Positions 17,490-27,600 are shown, numbered from the stretch's first letter. The stretch is DNA of 37,191 bases from Faecousia sp. (GCA_045601865.1 JAZSAK010000029.1:1-37191); one strand, 5' to 3'. Numbers and translations are program-made. The notes: generated by a model not told the origin, from the sequence alone.

Positions 17490-18379
17490 CGCCGGCAGAG
17501 AAAGGCTTTTTGCTGTTGGGAAGCAATTTGGCAGACCCATGGAGAAAACCCTTAACAACAGCTCAGATGCGTGTGCTTGCTCAGCGTGTTGAGCAGGCGC
17601 AGCGAGTCTGTGAGGACCGGGAATTGCGTGCAGAGGATTTGCTTGCGTTGGGATACAGTGAGGCATATGCGCAGCATATTTTATACCTATTATCCCAGGA
17701 AGACCAATTACAGCGGTATTTGCGCGGTGGTCAGATGGCGCAATGCCAACCGCTGACGCGTATTAGTGATGGTTATCCGAGAATACTCGTGCAACGGTTG
17801 GGCTTGGAAAGCCCAAGTGTTTTGTGGGCAAAGGGAAACATAGCGTTGCTGAATACGAATAAGATTGGCGTTGTAGGCAGTCGGGATATCCGAAAGGAAA
17901 ATGCGGAATTTGCTGAGGAAGTGGGATATCAGGCGGCAAGGCAAGGCTATACCTTGGTTTCCGGAAATGCCAGAGGTGCAGACAAGCTTGCCCAACGGGC
18001 TTGCTTAAAGCATGGCGGCAGTGTGATTTGTGTCGTTGCCGATGCACTGACCGACCAGAAAGCCCATGAACGTGTGCTTTATTTAAGTGAAGAGGATTAT
18101 GATGCGGAATTCTCTGCGCAGCGTGCTTTGAGCCGCAACCGAGTCATTCATGCATTAGCGGAGAAAACCTTTGTGGCACAAAGTGATCTCGAGAGGGGCG
18201 GCACTTGGGATGGCACTGTGAAAAATTTACGGCATGGCTGGAGCCCGGTTTTTTGCTGTCAAGATGGCACTGAAGCGATTTCGCAGCTGGAACAGATGGG
18301 CGCGCAGTGCGTGCATATGGATTTGCTGAACAATTTTGAAGCGTTAACCAGCCGATTTCAATCCTTCTTTGACGAATGA
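17486..18379 (+). CDS. DprA/Smf-like SLOG (Rossmann-fold) protein, atypical
   Basis: YP..L...P.VLW.KGN..LL, VVGSR, VSGNARGAD, RNRVI.ALA and GGTW. The TTG start overlaps the helicase TGA. Confidence 0.8.
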   Translation: MTPAEKGFLLLGSNLADPWRKPLTTAQMRVLAQRVEQAQRVCEDRELRAEDLLALGYSEAYAQHILYLLSQEDQLQRYLRGGQMAQCQPLTRISDGYPRILVQRLGLESPSVLWAKGNIALLNTNKIGVVGSRDIRKENAEFAEEVGYQAARQGYTLVSGNARGADKLAQRACLKHGGSVICVVADALTDQKAHERVLYLSEEDYDAEFSAQRALSRNRVIHALAEKTFVAQSDLERGGTWDGTVKNLRHGWSPVFCCQDGTEAISQLEQMGAQCVHMDLLNNFEALTSRFQSFFDE

Positions 18380-18420
18380 TAAACAAATTCTCATCAGTTA
18401 AATATTTTTTGAAAAAAGAG

Positions 18421-18449
18421 TTGAAAAATATAAAAAAATAATGTAAAAT
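18421..18449 (+). promoter_or_regulatory. Putative sigmaA promoter of glmS
   Basis: TTGAAA, 17 bp, TAAAAT, about 30 nt upstream of the ATG. Confidence 0.6.
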
Positions 18450-18478
18450 GGTAAATATCAATTTTAGGAGGCTTTCCT

Positions 18479-20320
18479 ATGTGTGGAATCGTTGGATATG
18501 TGGGGCAACAACAAGCGGCCCCTATTTTGTTGGACGGACTGTCTAAACTGGAATACCGTGGTTATGACTCTGCCGGCATCTGCATTCATGGCGCAGATGG
18601 TTTGCAGGTTGCCAAATCAAAGGGAAGACTGCAGGTTTTGTGCGACAAAACCGATAACGGCAATGCATTGCGTGGCGTAGTAGGTATTGGTCATACCCGT
18701 TGGGCGACCCATGGTGCACCTTCGGATATTAACAGCCATCCCCATATGTCGGATTCCGGCAAGATTTCTGTTGTCCATAACGGCATCATCGAAAATGAGG
18801 CGCGCTTGCATCAATGGCTGGAAGATAGGAATGTAAAGTTCCATTCCGAAACGGATACAGAAGTGGTTGCAAATTTGATTGGCTATTATTACGCCAAGTA
18901 TAATGATTTTATCGCAGCCATACGCAAAACGATTTCCCGCATTGAGGGAAGCTATGCATTAGGCATTCTCTGTGCTGACTATCCGGATTCCATGGTGGCG
19001 GTAAAAAAAGATTCACCGCTGATTTTTGGTTTTGGTGACGGAGAAAATTATATTGCCTCCGATGTGCCTGCTATTTTGAAGTACACCCAAACCGTTGCCT
19101 ATTTGGATGACGGTGAAATGGCGGTTTTTGATGCCAACAGTGTCAGCTTCTATGATGCGGCTGGCGAGAAAATTGAAAAGAAGCGTGAAAAGATTACTTG
19201 GGAGCTGTCTGCGGCAGAGCGTGGTGGCTATGAACACTTTATGCTAAAGGAGACTATGGAACAGCCCAAGGCATTGCGGGATACATTAAGCCCCCGCTTG
19301 AAAAATGGCGAAGTGGTGCTTGACGGCATTTCTCTGCCTGCGGAGTATTTGCAACAGGTGCGGAAAATCTATCTGATTGCCTGCGGTTCTGCATACTATG
19401 TGTCCGTTCTTGCAAAATACACCTTTGAAAAATATTGCCATATTCCTACAGAGGCGGTGATGGCATCGGAGTTCCGTTACAGTGAGCCGGTCATTGATGA
19501 GCGGGATTTGGTGGTTATCATCAGTCAGTCCGGCGAAACGGCAGATACTTTGGCGGCATTGCGTGAAGCAAAGCGTTTGGGCGCAAAGACTTTGGCGATT
19601 GTCAACGTGGTTGGCTCTGCCATTGCTAAGGCGGCAGACCAGACCATTTACACATGGGCAGGTCCTGAAATTGCAGTTGCAACCACAAAGGCATTTACAA
19701 CCCAGCTGGCGGTTGTCTACTTGCTGGCGCTTTACATGGCAAAGCAGCTGGGCACAATGACTGACGCGGAGTATGCGGAAAATGTGGCAGCGTTGGAAAA
19801 ACTGCCCGATGCCATGACAGAAGTGCTGTCTGATGAGAATCTGGAAAAGATTCAGTTCTATGCTAGCCGTTATCATGGACATCACGATGCGTTCTACATT
19901 GGCCGTAATGTGGATAGCGCCGTCTGCTTGGAAGGCAGTCTGAAATTGAAAGAGGTTGCCTACCTGCACAGCGAGGCCTACGCGGCAGGCGAACTGAAGC
20001 ACGGTCCCATTGCCTTGATTGAGGAGGGAACGCTTGTTGTTGCATTGGCAACGGTTGAACCCTTGTTTGACAAGACGATGGCCAATGTTCGTGAGGTTCG
20101 GGCAAGAGGTGCAGACGTGCTTTGTGTGACCCGCAAGGAATTTGAAGAGGCGGCTCGCCCCAATTCCCACGGTATTATCTGTGTGCCGACGGTGACGCCT
20201 ATGCTGCAGCCCAGCTTGAGCTTGATTCCTCTGCAGCTGCTGGCATATTATATTGCAATCAATCGCGGCTGCGATGTGGATAAACCCCGCAACCTGGCCA
20301 AGTCCGTTACTGTAGAATAA
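18479..20320 (+). CDS. glmS: Glutamine--fructose-6-phosphate transaminase
   Basis: N-terminal MCGIVG, LEYRGYDSAG, GHTRWATHG, SQSGETAD and C-terminal DKPRNLAKSVTVE. Confidence 0.98.
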   Translation: MCGIVGYVGQQQAAPILLDGLSKLEYRGYDSAGICIHGADGLQVAKSKGRLQVLCDKTDNGNALRGVVGIGHTRWATHGAPSDINSHPHMSDSGKISVVHNGIIENEARLHQWLEDRNVKFHSETDTEVVANLIGYYYAKYNDFIAAIRKTISRIEGSYALGILCADYPDSMVAVKKDSPLIFGFGDGENYIASDVPAILKYTQTVAYLDDGEMAVFDANSVSFYDAAGEKIEKKREKITWELSAAERGGYEHFMLKETMEQPKALRDTLSPRLKNGEVVLDGISLPAEYLQQVRKIYLIACGSAYYVSVLAKYTFEKYCHIPTEAVMASEFRYSEPVIDERDLVVIISQSGETADTLAALREAKRLGAKTLAIVNVVGSAIAKAADQTIYTWAGPEIAVATTKAFTTQLAVVYLLALYMAKQLGTMTDAEYAENVAALEKLPDAMTEVLSDENLEKIQFYASRYHGHHDAFYIGRNVDSAVCLEGSLKLKEVAYLHSEAYAAGELKHGPIALIEEGTLVVALATVEPLFDKTMANVREVRARGADVLCVTRKEFEEAARPNSHGIICVPTVTPMLQPSLSLIPLQLLAYYIAINRGCDVDKPRNLAKSVTVE

Positions 20321-20352
20321 AAAAGGGGAGTGCTTAGCACTCCCTTTAATTT
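20320..20352 (+). terminator. Intrinsic terminator after glmS
   Basis: GGGAGTGC-TTA-GCACTCCC followed by TTTAATTT. Confidence 0.75.
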
Positions 20353-20415
20353 GTTGTAGATTTTTTATAATGAGTATGCTACAATGTAACAAAACCGAGA
20401 AAAGGTGGGATTTTT

Positions 20416-21246
20416 GTGAGCAGAGCAGACGAAATTTACCGCGCAACCTGTTTGGATATCTTGGAAAATGGGTTCTCTGACGAGAATTTGGAGGTTCGCC
20501 CCCACTGGGCGGACGGCACACCTGCCCATACCATTAAAAAGTTTGGTGTTGTCAACCGCTACAATTTGGCGGAGGAATTCCCCATTATGACCCTGCGCCG
20601 TACCTATTGGAAATCCGCGGTGGATGAATTGCTGTGGATTTGGCAGAAAAAGTCCAATCGTATCTGTGATTTGGGAAGCCATGTTTGGGATGAATGGGCT
20701 GGCGAGGACGGCACCATTGGCAAGGCCTACGGCTATCAGCTTGGCATCAAGCACCAGTATAAAGAGGGCGAATTTGACCAGGTGGACCGTGTGATTTTCG
20801 ATTTAAAGAACAATCCTGCCTCTCGCAGAATTATGACCAATATCTACAATTTTGAGGATTTGCACGAGATGAATCTGTATCCGTGCGCCTATTCTATGAC
20901 CTTCAATGTCACCGGAGATACGCTCAATGCCATTTTGAATCAGCGCTCTCAGGATATGCTCACCGCTAATAACTGGAATGTGGTGCAGTATGCAGTGCTG
21001 ACCCACATGATGGCGCAGGTAGCAGGGTTAAAGGTGGGCGAGTTGGTGCACGTGATTGCCGACTGCCACATTTATGACCGCCATATTCCTGCGGTGAAGG
21101 CAATGCTGGAGCGGGAAGGCTTTGATGCACCCAAGTTTACTATGGATGAAAGCATTACTGACTTTTATGCCTTTACAAAGGACTCTTTCAAAATGGAGAA
21201 TTACCAGTTCCACCCCTTTGATTTTGAAATTCCTATGGCGATTTGA
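20416..21246 (+). CDS. thyA: Thymidylate synthase
   Basis: ELLW, WDEWA, G.AYG.Q, SRR, catalytic PC, QRSQD and HIYDRH. Confidence 0.96.
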   Translation: MSRADEIYRATCLDILENGFSDENLEVRPHWADGTPAHTIKKFGVVNRYNLAEEFPIMTLRRTYWKSAVDELLWIWQKKSNRICDLGSHVWDEWAGEDGTIGKAYGYQLGIKHQYKEGEFDQVDRVIFDLKNNPASRRIMTNIYNFEDLHEMNLYPCAYSMTFNVTGDTLNAILNQRSQDMLTANNWNVVQYAVLTHMMAQVAGLKVGELVHVIADCHIYDRHIPAVKAMLEREGFDAPKFTMDESITDFYAFTKDSFKMENYQFHPFDFEIPMAI

Positions 21247-21254
21247 GGTAGAAA

Positions 21255-21743
21255 ATGGAGCTGATTGTTGCGGTATATGACGATTGGGGCATTGGTAAGG
21301 ACGGCACACAGCCAATTGCCTTATCAGCAGACCGAAAATTTTTTCGGGAAACTACCCGTGGCGCGATGGTCATTGTGGGACGTCGCACCATTGAGGATTT
21401 TCCGGGTAAAAAGCCTCTGCCCGGTCGGGTAAATGTAGCAATGACTCGACAAGCTTGTGAAATTCCTGGTTTTACGGTGTGTCACAGTCCGGAAGAAGCG
21501 TTAAAGCTTGCCGAAGGCGCGGAGCGTGCCATGGTCATTGGCGGTGGTAGCATTTATAAGCAGATGCTTCCCATGTGCGACACGGCATATGTCACCAAGG
21601 TGCATACTGCGGTGGATTCCGATACTTTTTTTCCAAACTTAGATGATGACCCCCAGTGGGAACTGGCAGAGGTTTTGCAGCGCGGAGTGGAAAACGGCAT
21701 TGCTTACGAGATGTGCCTGTATAAAAGAAAGGGAACGGCTTAG
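21255..21743 (+). CDS. folA: Dihydrofolate reductase
   Basis: LIVAV...GIG, AD.KFF, GRRT, PLPGRVN, VIGGGSIY and DTFFP; directly follows thyA. Confidence 0.94.
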   Translation: MELIVAVYDDWGIGKDGTQPIALSADRKFFRETTRGAMVIVGRRTIEDFPGKKPLPGRVNVAMTRQACEIPGFTVCHSPEEALKLAEGAERAMVIGGGSIYKQMLPMCDTAYVTKVHTAVDSDTFFPNLDDDPQWELAEVLQRGVENGIAYEMCLYKRKGTA

Positions 21744-21753
21744 CCGTTCCCTT
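21729..21753. terminator. Bidirectional terminator
   Basis: Inverted repeat AAGGGAACGGCT/AGCCGTTCCCTT between convergent genes. Confidence 0.75.
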
Positions 21754-21755
21754 AT

Positions 21756-22616
21756 TTATTGCACGTGGGTGTGATTGCTGATATGGTCTTCGCAGTAACA
21801 GTGATAGCCCTTACAACGGGAGCAATACCGAAATTCCAAATTGGGATGGGAGGTGTCTGTTCGGCCACATATGCTACACCGGTGCATGTAATTTTGCTTG
21901 ATAGCATTTGTTTCAAATTCTTTTGTATTTGGGAAGGGGACAACCTTTACCTTTTTAGGCTTTCTAACGTTTTTGGCACGCCATGTCAAGGGGATGATGT
22001 TGGCAACATCCTTGCCAAAGAATAAGAAGTAATTGGCAATGGCAAGCAATGGATATAAATTATATGGGAAGTACATCGTGGGGAAGGTCAGCGACAGAAC
22101 AGACCAAAGCGTCAGCGCCAAATCCACCAGTGCAAAAATCCATGCCTTTACAGGGATAATGAAAAACAGCAAAAACTGGGCGTTTGGATACATGGTTGCA
22201 TAGGCGAGGAAAAGACTGAGGTTTAAGGATGTGACATCTGCGCCCATCAACGGGAAAATCATGCAAAATATATCCATCATAACAACACCGGTGAGGTAAA
22301 ATAGATTAAACTTCAGCGTGCCCCACACATTTTCAATGGCTCTGCCAATGGAATAATAGCAAAATAGGCTAATGGCTGTCAGCAAAAGGTTGCCTGCGTT
22401 GTAGGTAAGCGGATAGGTAAACAATCGCCAAATCTGACCCTGCAAGATTAGGCTTCTGTCAAAGTACAGCCAATAGTAAAGCATAGAATTGCCGGCAAAA
22501 GTGCTCATCAAATACACCAAAGCACTGCCAATGCTTAAATACAGCATTAAATTTGGAATGCCCTTGTTCCGATTGCGAAAGCAAAAACGTTCAAATCGGC
22601 TACGGTTATTGTTCAT
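21756..22616 (-). CDS. Rhomboid-superfamily (derlin-like) membrane protein with a C-terminal Cys/His zinc finger
   Basis: AAGGAG RBS; GQIWRLFT (WR motif); about 6 TM segments; C-terminal CSICG...CSRC...YCEDH...HTH. Confidence 0.75.
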   Translation of the reverse strand: MNNNRSRFERFCFRNRNKGIPNLMLYLSIGSALVYLMSTFAGNSMLYYWLYFDRSLILQGQIWRLFTYPLTYNAGNLLLTAISLFCYYSIGRAIENVWGTLKFNLFYLTGVVMMDIFCMIFPLMGADVTSLNLSLFLAYATMYPNAQFLLFFIIPVKAWIFALVDLALTLWSVLSLTFPTMYFPYNLYPLLAIANYFLFFGKDVANIIPLTWRAKNVRKPKKVKVVPFPNTKEFETNAIKQNYMHRCSICGRTDTSHPNLEFRYCSRCKGYHCYCEDHISNHTHVQ

Positions 22617-22718
22617 TTACTCAACTCCTTAGAAAATTATCTATATTCTACCAGTAATTACAGCAAAAGTCTACCAAAGAATTGTGAACAATTATTTCTG
22701 CATTTAATCGAAAGGGGG

Positions 22719-22746
22719 TTGACATTTGCAAAATTTCATGTAGAAT
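22719..22746 (+). promoter_or_regulatory. sigmaA promoter of the metK leader
   Basis: TTGACA, 16 bp, TAGAAT, just upstream of the SAM-I aptamer. Confidence 0.7.
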
Positions 22747-22766
22747 ATAGCCGAACTGCATATAAG

Positions 22767-22857
22767 CCTTATCAAGAGTGGTGGAGGGAACGGCCCGATG
22801 AAACCCGGCAACCTGTTAATTCAAGGTGCCAAATCCGTCGGCAAACGAAAGATGAGG
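22767..22857 (+). ncRNA. SAM-I (S-box) riboswitch
   Basis: CTTATCAAGAG..GGAGGGA..GGCCCGATGAAACCCGGCAACC...GGTGCCAAATCC...AAGATGAG matches the S-box consensus and lies upstream of metK. Confidence 0.95.
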
Positions 22858-22868
22858 ATTCGATTCAG

Positions 22869-22900
22869 CGCACATCGAATCTTCGGTGTGCGGTTTTTCT
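22869..22900 (+). terminator. SAM-I expression-platform terminator
   Basis: Stem CGCACATCGA/TCGGTGTGCG followed by GTTTTTCT. The alternative antiterminator GAGGATTCGAT (22854-22864) pairs with ATCGAATCTTC (22874-22884). Confidence 0.85.
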
Positions 22901-22926
22901 TTATATTTAGAAAGGAAAGAAAAACA

Positions 22927-24072
22927 ATGGAAAAAAGATTATTTACATCTGAATGTGTTACCAACGGTCACCCTGATAAGGTGGCGGATTCTATCTCCGA
23001 TGCTATTTTGGACGCCTGCCTTGCCCAAGACCCCGATTCCCGCGTGGCTTGTGAAACCATGGTAACCACCAACTTCTGTCTGATTTGCGGTGAGATTACC
23101 ACAAAGGCTGTGGTGGATTATCCGGCAGTAGCACGGGAAGCCATTCGTAAAATTGGCTATGTATATCCCGGTGACGGCTTCGACGCCGACAGCGTGGAGA
23201 TTCAGTGCCGTATTCACACACAATCTGCAGATATCGCATTGGGCACCAATGATGAGGTAGGCGGTGCCGGAGACCAGGGCATGATGTTTGGCGGTGCTTG
23301 CACCCAGACTCCTGAGCTGATGCCTCTGCCCGTTGCACTGGCAAGAGCCCTTAGCAACCGCTTGACGGAGTGTGTCCGTTCCAATGACCTTCTGCGTCCG
23401 GATGGCAAGACCCAGGTCAGCGTGGAATACGATGAGCAGGGGAACGTGGTGGGAATTGACACTGTGGTGGTGTCTATTATGCACAGTGCCGATTTTGAAA
23501 TGGAGGAGCTTCGTAAGTACATTCGTGAGGGTGTGATTGCTCCGGTTTTGGGAAAGTATGGCTTCCGCTTGGAGAATGTTGCTCATGTTCACATCAATCC
23601 CACCGGGAACTTCGTCATTGGCGGTCCTAATGGTGATACCGGACTGACCGGCAGAAAAATCATTGTAGATACTTACGGTGGTTATTTCTCCCATGGTGGC
23701 GGCGCTTTTTCCGGAAAGGACCCCACCAAAGTCGACCGCAGCGCGGCTTATATGGCACGGTATATGGCAAAGAATCTGGTTGCAGCAGGACTTGCAAGCC
23801 AAGTGCAGGTGCAGCTTGCGTATGCCATCGGTGTTGCCCAACCGGTATCCCTGCGGGTGGATAGTTATGGTACCGGCGTGATTTCTGATGAGAAAATGAC
23901 AGAGCTTTTGCGCAAGACCTGCGATATGACACCTGCAGGCATTATCCGCAAGCTGAATCTGCGTAACCCCATTTATGCCCCCACAGCAGCGAAAGGCCAT
24001 TTTGGCGTGGCTGGACTGCCTTGGGAACAGACGGATTTAGCGCCCATGCTAAAGGAATTGGCAGGTATTTGA
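22927..24072 (+). CDS. metK: S-adenosylmethionine synthetase
   Basis: ATG 22927 after AAAGGA. Motifs FTSE.V..GHPDK, GAGDQG, DGKTQV and [16 protein letters not shown]. Confidence 0.98.
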   Translation: MEKRLFTSECVTNGHPDKVADSISDAILDACLAQDPDSRVACETMVTTNFCLICGEITTKAVVDYPAVAREAIRKIGYVYPGDGFDADSVEIQCRIHTQSADIALGTNDEVGGAGDQGMMFGGACTQTPELMPLPVALARALSNRLTECVRSNDLLRPDGKTQVSVEYDEQGNVVGIDTVVVSIMHSADFEMEELRKYIREGVIAPVLGKYGFRLENVAHVHINPTGNFVIGGPNGDTGLTGRKIIVDTYGGYFSHGGGAFSGKDPTKVDRSAAYMARYMAKNLVAAGLASQVQVQLAYAIGVAQPVSLRVDSYGTGVISDEKMTELLRKTCDMTPAGIIRKLNLRNPIYAPTAAKGHFGVAGLPWEQTDLAPMLKELAGI

Positions 24073-24130
24073 TACCTATGGTGGAGGGTAAATCCCTCCA
24101 CCGCAAATGATAATAGAAGGAAGTGGCATT

Positions 24131-24325
24131 GTGGCAGTACGGCTTAATGAGGATAAAGAACTGGTTGCCTCTATTAAAGAGGGGTTAAAGCGCACAGGCG
24201 GTTATTGCCCCTGCCGATTGCAACGGACGGAAGAAAATAAGTGCATTTGCACGGAGTTTCGCCAGCAAATTGCCGACCCTAATTTTCGGGGCTATTGCCA
24301 CTGCATGCTGTATTATAAGGATTAA
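24131..24325 (+). CDS. Ferredoxin-thioredoxin reductase catalytic-subunit-like small protein
   Basis: GTG start after AAGGA. GYCPCR, KCIC.EF and CHC.LY match the FTRc CPC/CPC/CHC pattern; 64 aa. Confidence 0.82.
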   Translation: MAVRLNEDKELVASIKEGLKRTGGYCPCRLQRTEENKCICTEFRQQIADPNFRGYCHCMLYYKD

Positions 24326-24355
24326 AAAAATCTTGCCAATTCATCAAAAAAGGTG

Positions 24356-24384
24356 TTGACAAATTTTGCGATGCGTGGTATTAT
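24356..24384 (+). promoter_or_regulatory. sigmaA promoter of tRNA-Leu
   Basis: TTGACA, 17 bp, TATTAT, with an extended -10 TG. Confidence 0.8.
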
Positions 24385-24420
24385 AGCCAAGCGTTCAACA
24401 GGCGCAATTCAACTTTATAT

Positions 24421-24508
24421 GGGCGAGTGGTGGAATTGGTAGACTCGCTAGATTCAGGTTCTAGTGTTCACTGCGGACGTGCGGGTTCAAGTCCCGCCTC
24501 GCCCACCA
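24421..24508 (+). tRNA. tRNA-Leu(CAG)
   Basis: Acceptor GGGCGAG/CTCGCCC; anticodon arm CTAGA-TTCAGGT-TCTAG; long variable arm; T-arm GCGGG-TTCAAGT-CCCGC; ends in ACCA. Confidence 0.97.
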
Positions 24509-24511
24509 AAT

Positions 24512-24543
24512 AAAAAGGACATCCCTTTGGATGTCCTTTTTTA
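24512..24543 (+). terminator. Intrinsic terminator after tRNA-Leu
   Basis: AAAAAGGACATCC-CTTT-GGATGTCCTTTTTT. Confidence 0.9.
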
Positions 24544-24548
24544 TATGC

Positions 24549-24578
24549 AAAAGTGAAGGCAGTCATGGGACTGCCTTC
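24549..24578 (-). terminator. Terminator of the ABC transporter gene
   Basis: Stem GAAGGCAGTC/GACTGCCTTC followed by ACTTTT on the minus strand. Confidence 0.7.
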
Positions 24579-24605
24579 CTTTGCATGAAACTTACTTATG
24601 GGCGA

Positions 24606-27600
24606 TTACTCTGTTCTTAGCGCCACCACCGGGTCCTTCTTTGCAGCACTGCGAGAGGGAATTAGACCGGAAATCAATGTCAACACTACACTGATTGCTA
24701 CCAAAATCACGGCAACAGGGATGGGTAGAATCGCTTTTAGATTGGCAATCCCCGTCAGATGGTTAATAATTGCATTAATTGGAATGCACAGCAAATAGGT
24801 AACCAATATACCCAGCAATCCAGATGTAAAACCGATAATCACTGTCTCTGCGGTAAACATACTGGAAACGTTTTTCTTGGAAGCGCCAATTGCCCGAAGA
24901 ATGCCGATTTCCTTTGTGCGTTCCTGCACAGAAATGAGTGTGATAACACCAATCATAATCGAGGAGACAACCAAGGAAATAGCCACAAAAGCAATTAGCA
25001 CATAAGTGATTGCGTTAATGATTGTGGTAATAGAAGAGAGCATAATGCCTATATAGTCGGTGTATTTGATTTTTTCCAGTTCATCCTTGCCCTCGTTATA
25101 CTGGGCAATTACATCTTCGATGACGTCCTTATTGGCAAAGGAGGAGGCAAAAATATTTATACTGGATGGTTCATCTAAATCCACATAGCCCAAGGTCAGC
25201 AGGTTGCTTTCTAAAGAGGCCTCGGAGAATTCCATAATCTCGTCATAATATGTGGCGCATTGCTCGTCTGTATAAGTGGGAAGCTCAACTGACAACATAC
25301 CTGCCAGCTGTGCAGGCGGAATAGTTGACATTTGCTCTGCGACTTGTTGGGCATATTGCGTTTTAATCTGATTCGAAAGTATTTCTTCGAAAATATCGGT
25401 GATTTCTTCATCGCTCATGGCTTCTACATAGGTTGTGAGCTCTTCAATATCAATACGCATTTGTTCGCTCAGGCCGGCGATTAGATTGGCATTCATTTGT
25501 TCGCGCGTCATGCCGTTTAATGCCTGCGCGATGGATTGTTCCAGCATTTCCGCAGAGGGGATGCTTTTAATGCGAATGTAGGCATCGGCTTTTTCATTTT
25601 CACTTAGGCCTGTTAAATACGCTCGAAGTTCAGCGGCTTTTTCGGCAACGGTCAGGTTGCCGGTATTCTCAGAAAAGGGAAGACCTGTGATGATGTCAAC
25701 ACTTGGGTTGTCTCGCTGTGCCTGAATAGCGGCAGATTTTTGAGACTCGGTAATTACATACTCAGTTAGTGCGCTGGTGTAGGCAATGGAACCGTTAATC
25801 ATGGTAGACGTGGCATCTTTGCTGGGTCGAATAATGCCGCTTACCTTTAAGCTTAATCCGTTGTCGTACAGATAGCGGATACCGGTATCGGTTTTTCGCA
25901 GGTCATTATAAAGTCCGGTGGCTTCATCGTAGACATAGCAGCTGGAATTCAGAATCAGACGATATTCCAAATCACAAATTTCTTCGTAGGTCCATTTCTT
26001 TTCGGTGCTTTCCAGAGTAGTGCCATCAACAGCGGCAGACATAATTTTGTCAATCGCTTCTTCGGACAATAAACCCAAAGCGTACAGTGTCATATCGTCC
26101 AACTCATTGTGTTCATCTAAAACCAGAACGACCTCATTGTAGCTGTTGGGCCAAGAGCCATAGACTACATCGTATTGCTTCTGCAGAACATCACTAATGG
26201 GTGCGCCATCCTTGCCGGGGAGCATCTCTTGCCAAAGCTTCATCATGCTTTGCTGCATAGACATGCTGGACGACATCATAGAGCTCATAACGCCATTGCC
26301 TTGGGTTGCGCCCAGCATGGCAGACATATCCATGCCCATAAATTCCCCAATAATACCACGCATCAGCTCCGTGGTGTCGGAAGCAATGATGTTGCCATCA
26401 ATATTCTTTGTGTAGACAAGAAGTGGCAAGTCATAGCTGTATTGGATTCCGCTGACAGCAGGATAAAGCATGGAGCTTTCCTTATTAGCCATTTGCTGTG
26501 CTAGGTATGCTTTAAATGCCTTCAAATCATTTTCCTGCATATCCATGTCGTTTAGTGCATTAATCATGTCATATAATGCAGACTTTTTGTAGACGGCATC
26601 CAGCTCATGCTGGGAATCACTGGCCGCGGCGCTCATAAAAGCAGACATAAGGGCTGTTATATCCATTGTCTGACTTTCAATGGTAATAGGATATGAGGAA
26701 AGCGCCTCCTCCTGCACTACCGTGATATAAGTGGTCATGCCTTGGGAAACAGCAAAAATCAATGCAATACCAATGATGCCAATGGAACCGGCAAAGGAGG
26801 TAAGCATGGTGCGCCCTTTTTTGCTGAATAAATTCTTAAACGAAAGCATAAATGCGGTTGCTAGAGACATGGAGGGCTTTTTTGTTTTCTTGTTTTGCTC
26901 TGTGGGCATGGGATGGGCGGCGGCCTTGACTTCTGCCTCGCTGAGCGGCTGAGAATCACTGGTAATTACGCCATCCAGCATTCTTATGATCCGGGTGGAA
27001 TAGGTTTCTGCCAAGCTCGGATTGTGGGTGACCATGATAATTAGCTTATCCTTAGAGATTTCCTTAAGAATCTCCATAACCTGCACACTGGTTTCTGTAT
27101 CTAATGCACCGGTTGGCTCATCTGCTAAGATGATATCGGGATTATTCACCAAAGCACGTGCAATTGCCACGCGCTGCATTTGACCACCGGACATCTCGCT
27201 GGGCTTTTTGGAGAGTTGGTCGCTTAGTCCAACATCCTGCAAAGCCTTCTTAGCACGGGCGCGGCGCTCTTTTTTTGACACACCGGATAGGGTTAGCGCC
27301 AGCTCAACATTCTGTAAAACCGTTTGATGGGGAATAAGGTTGTAGCTTTGAAAAACAAAACCAATGGAGTGATTTCGGTAAGTATCCCAGTCGCGGTCTT
27401 TAAAATCTTTCGTAGAGCGACCGTTGATGATAAGGTCGCCGGAGGTATACTGATCCAATCCTCCAATAATGTTCAGCATTGTTGTTTTTCCACAGCCCGA
27501 GGGACCGAGTATGGACACAAATTCGCTTTTCCTAAATTGCAGGTCAATACCCTTTAATGCGTTGACATGGCCGTTTCCCGCAGGGTAATTTTTTACAATG

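Noticed and set aside
19286-20521. 411-aa minus-strand ORF antisense to glmS/thyA
   Set aside because: It is a shadow ORF of a highly conserved gene, with no recognisable motifs or RBS. Sense-strand codon bias explains the lack of stops.
22798-22926. N-terminal extensions in the ORF track for metK (also metV from 9254, PAP2 from 8511, MFS from 5382)
   Set aside because: The extensions cross riboswitches, promoters or upstream genes, and downstream ATGs have clear RBSs.
22939-24000. 353-aa ORF antisense to metK
   Set aside because: It lies in codon register on the opposite strand of metK and shows no domain features.
9458-24072. Concentration of one-carbon/thymidylate genes (metVF, tmk, thyA-folA, metK) as one system
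   Set aside because: They lie in four separate transcription units interspersed with unrelated genes, and I found no shared regulatory motif.
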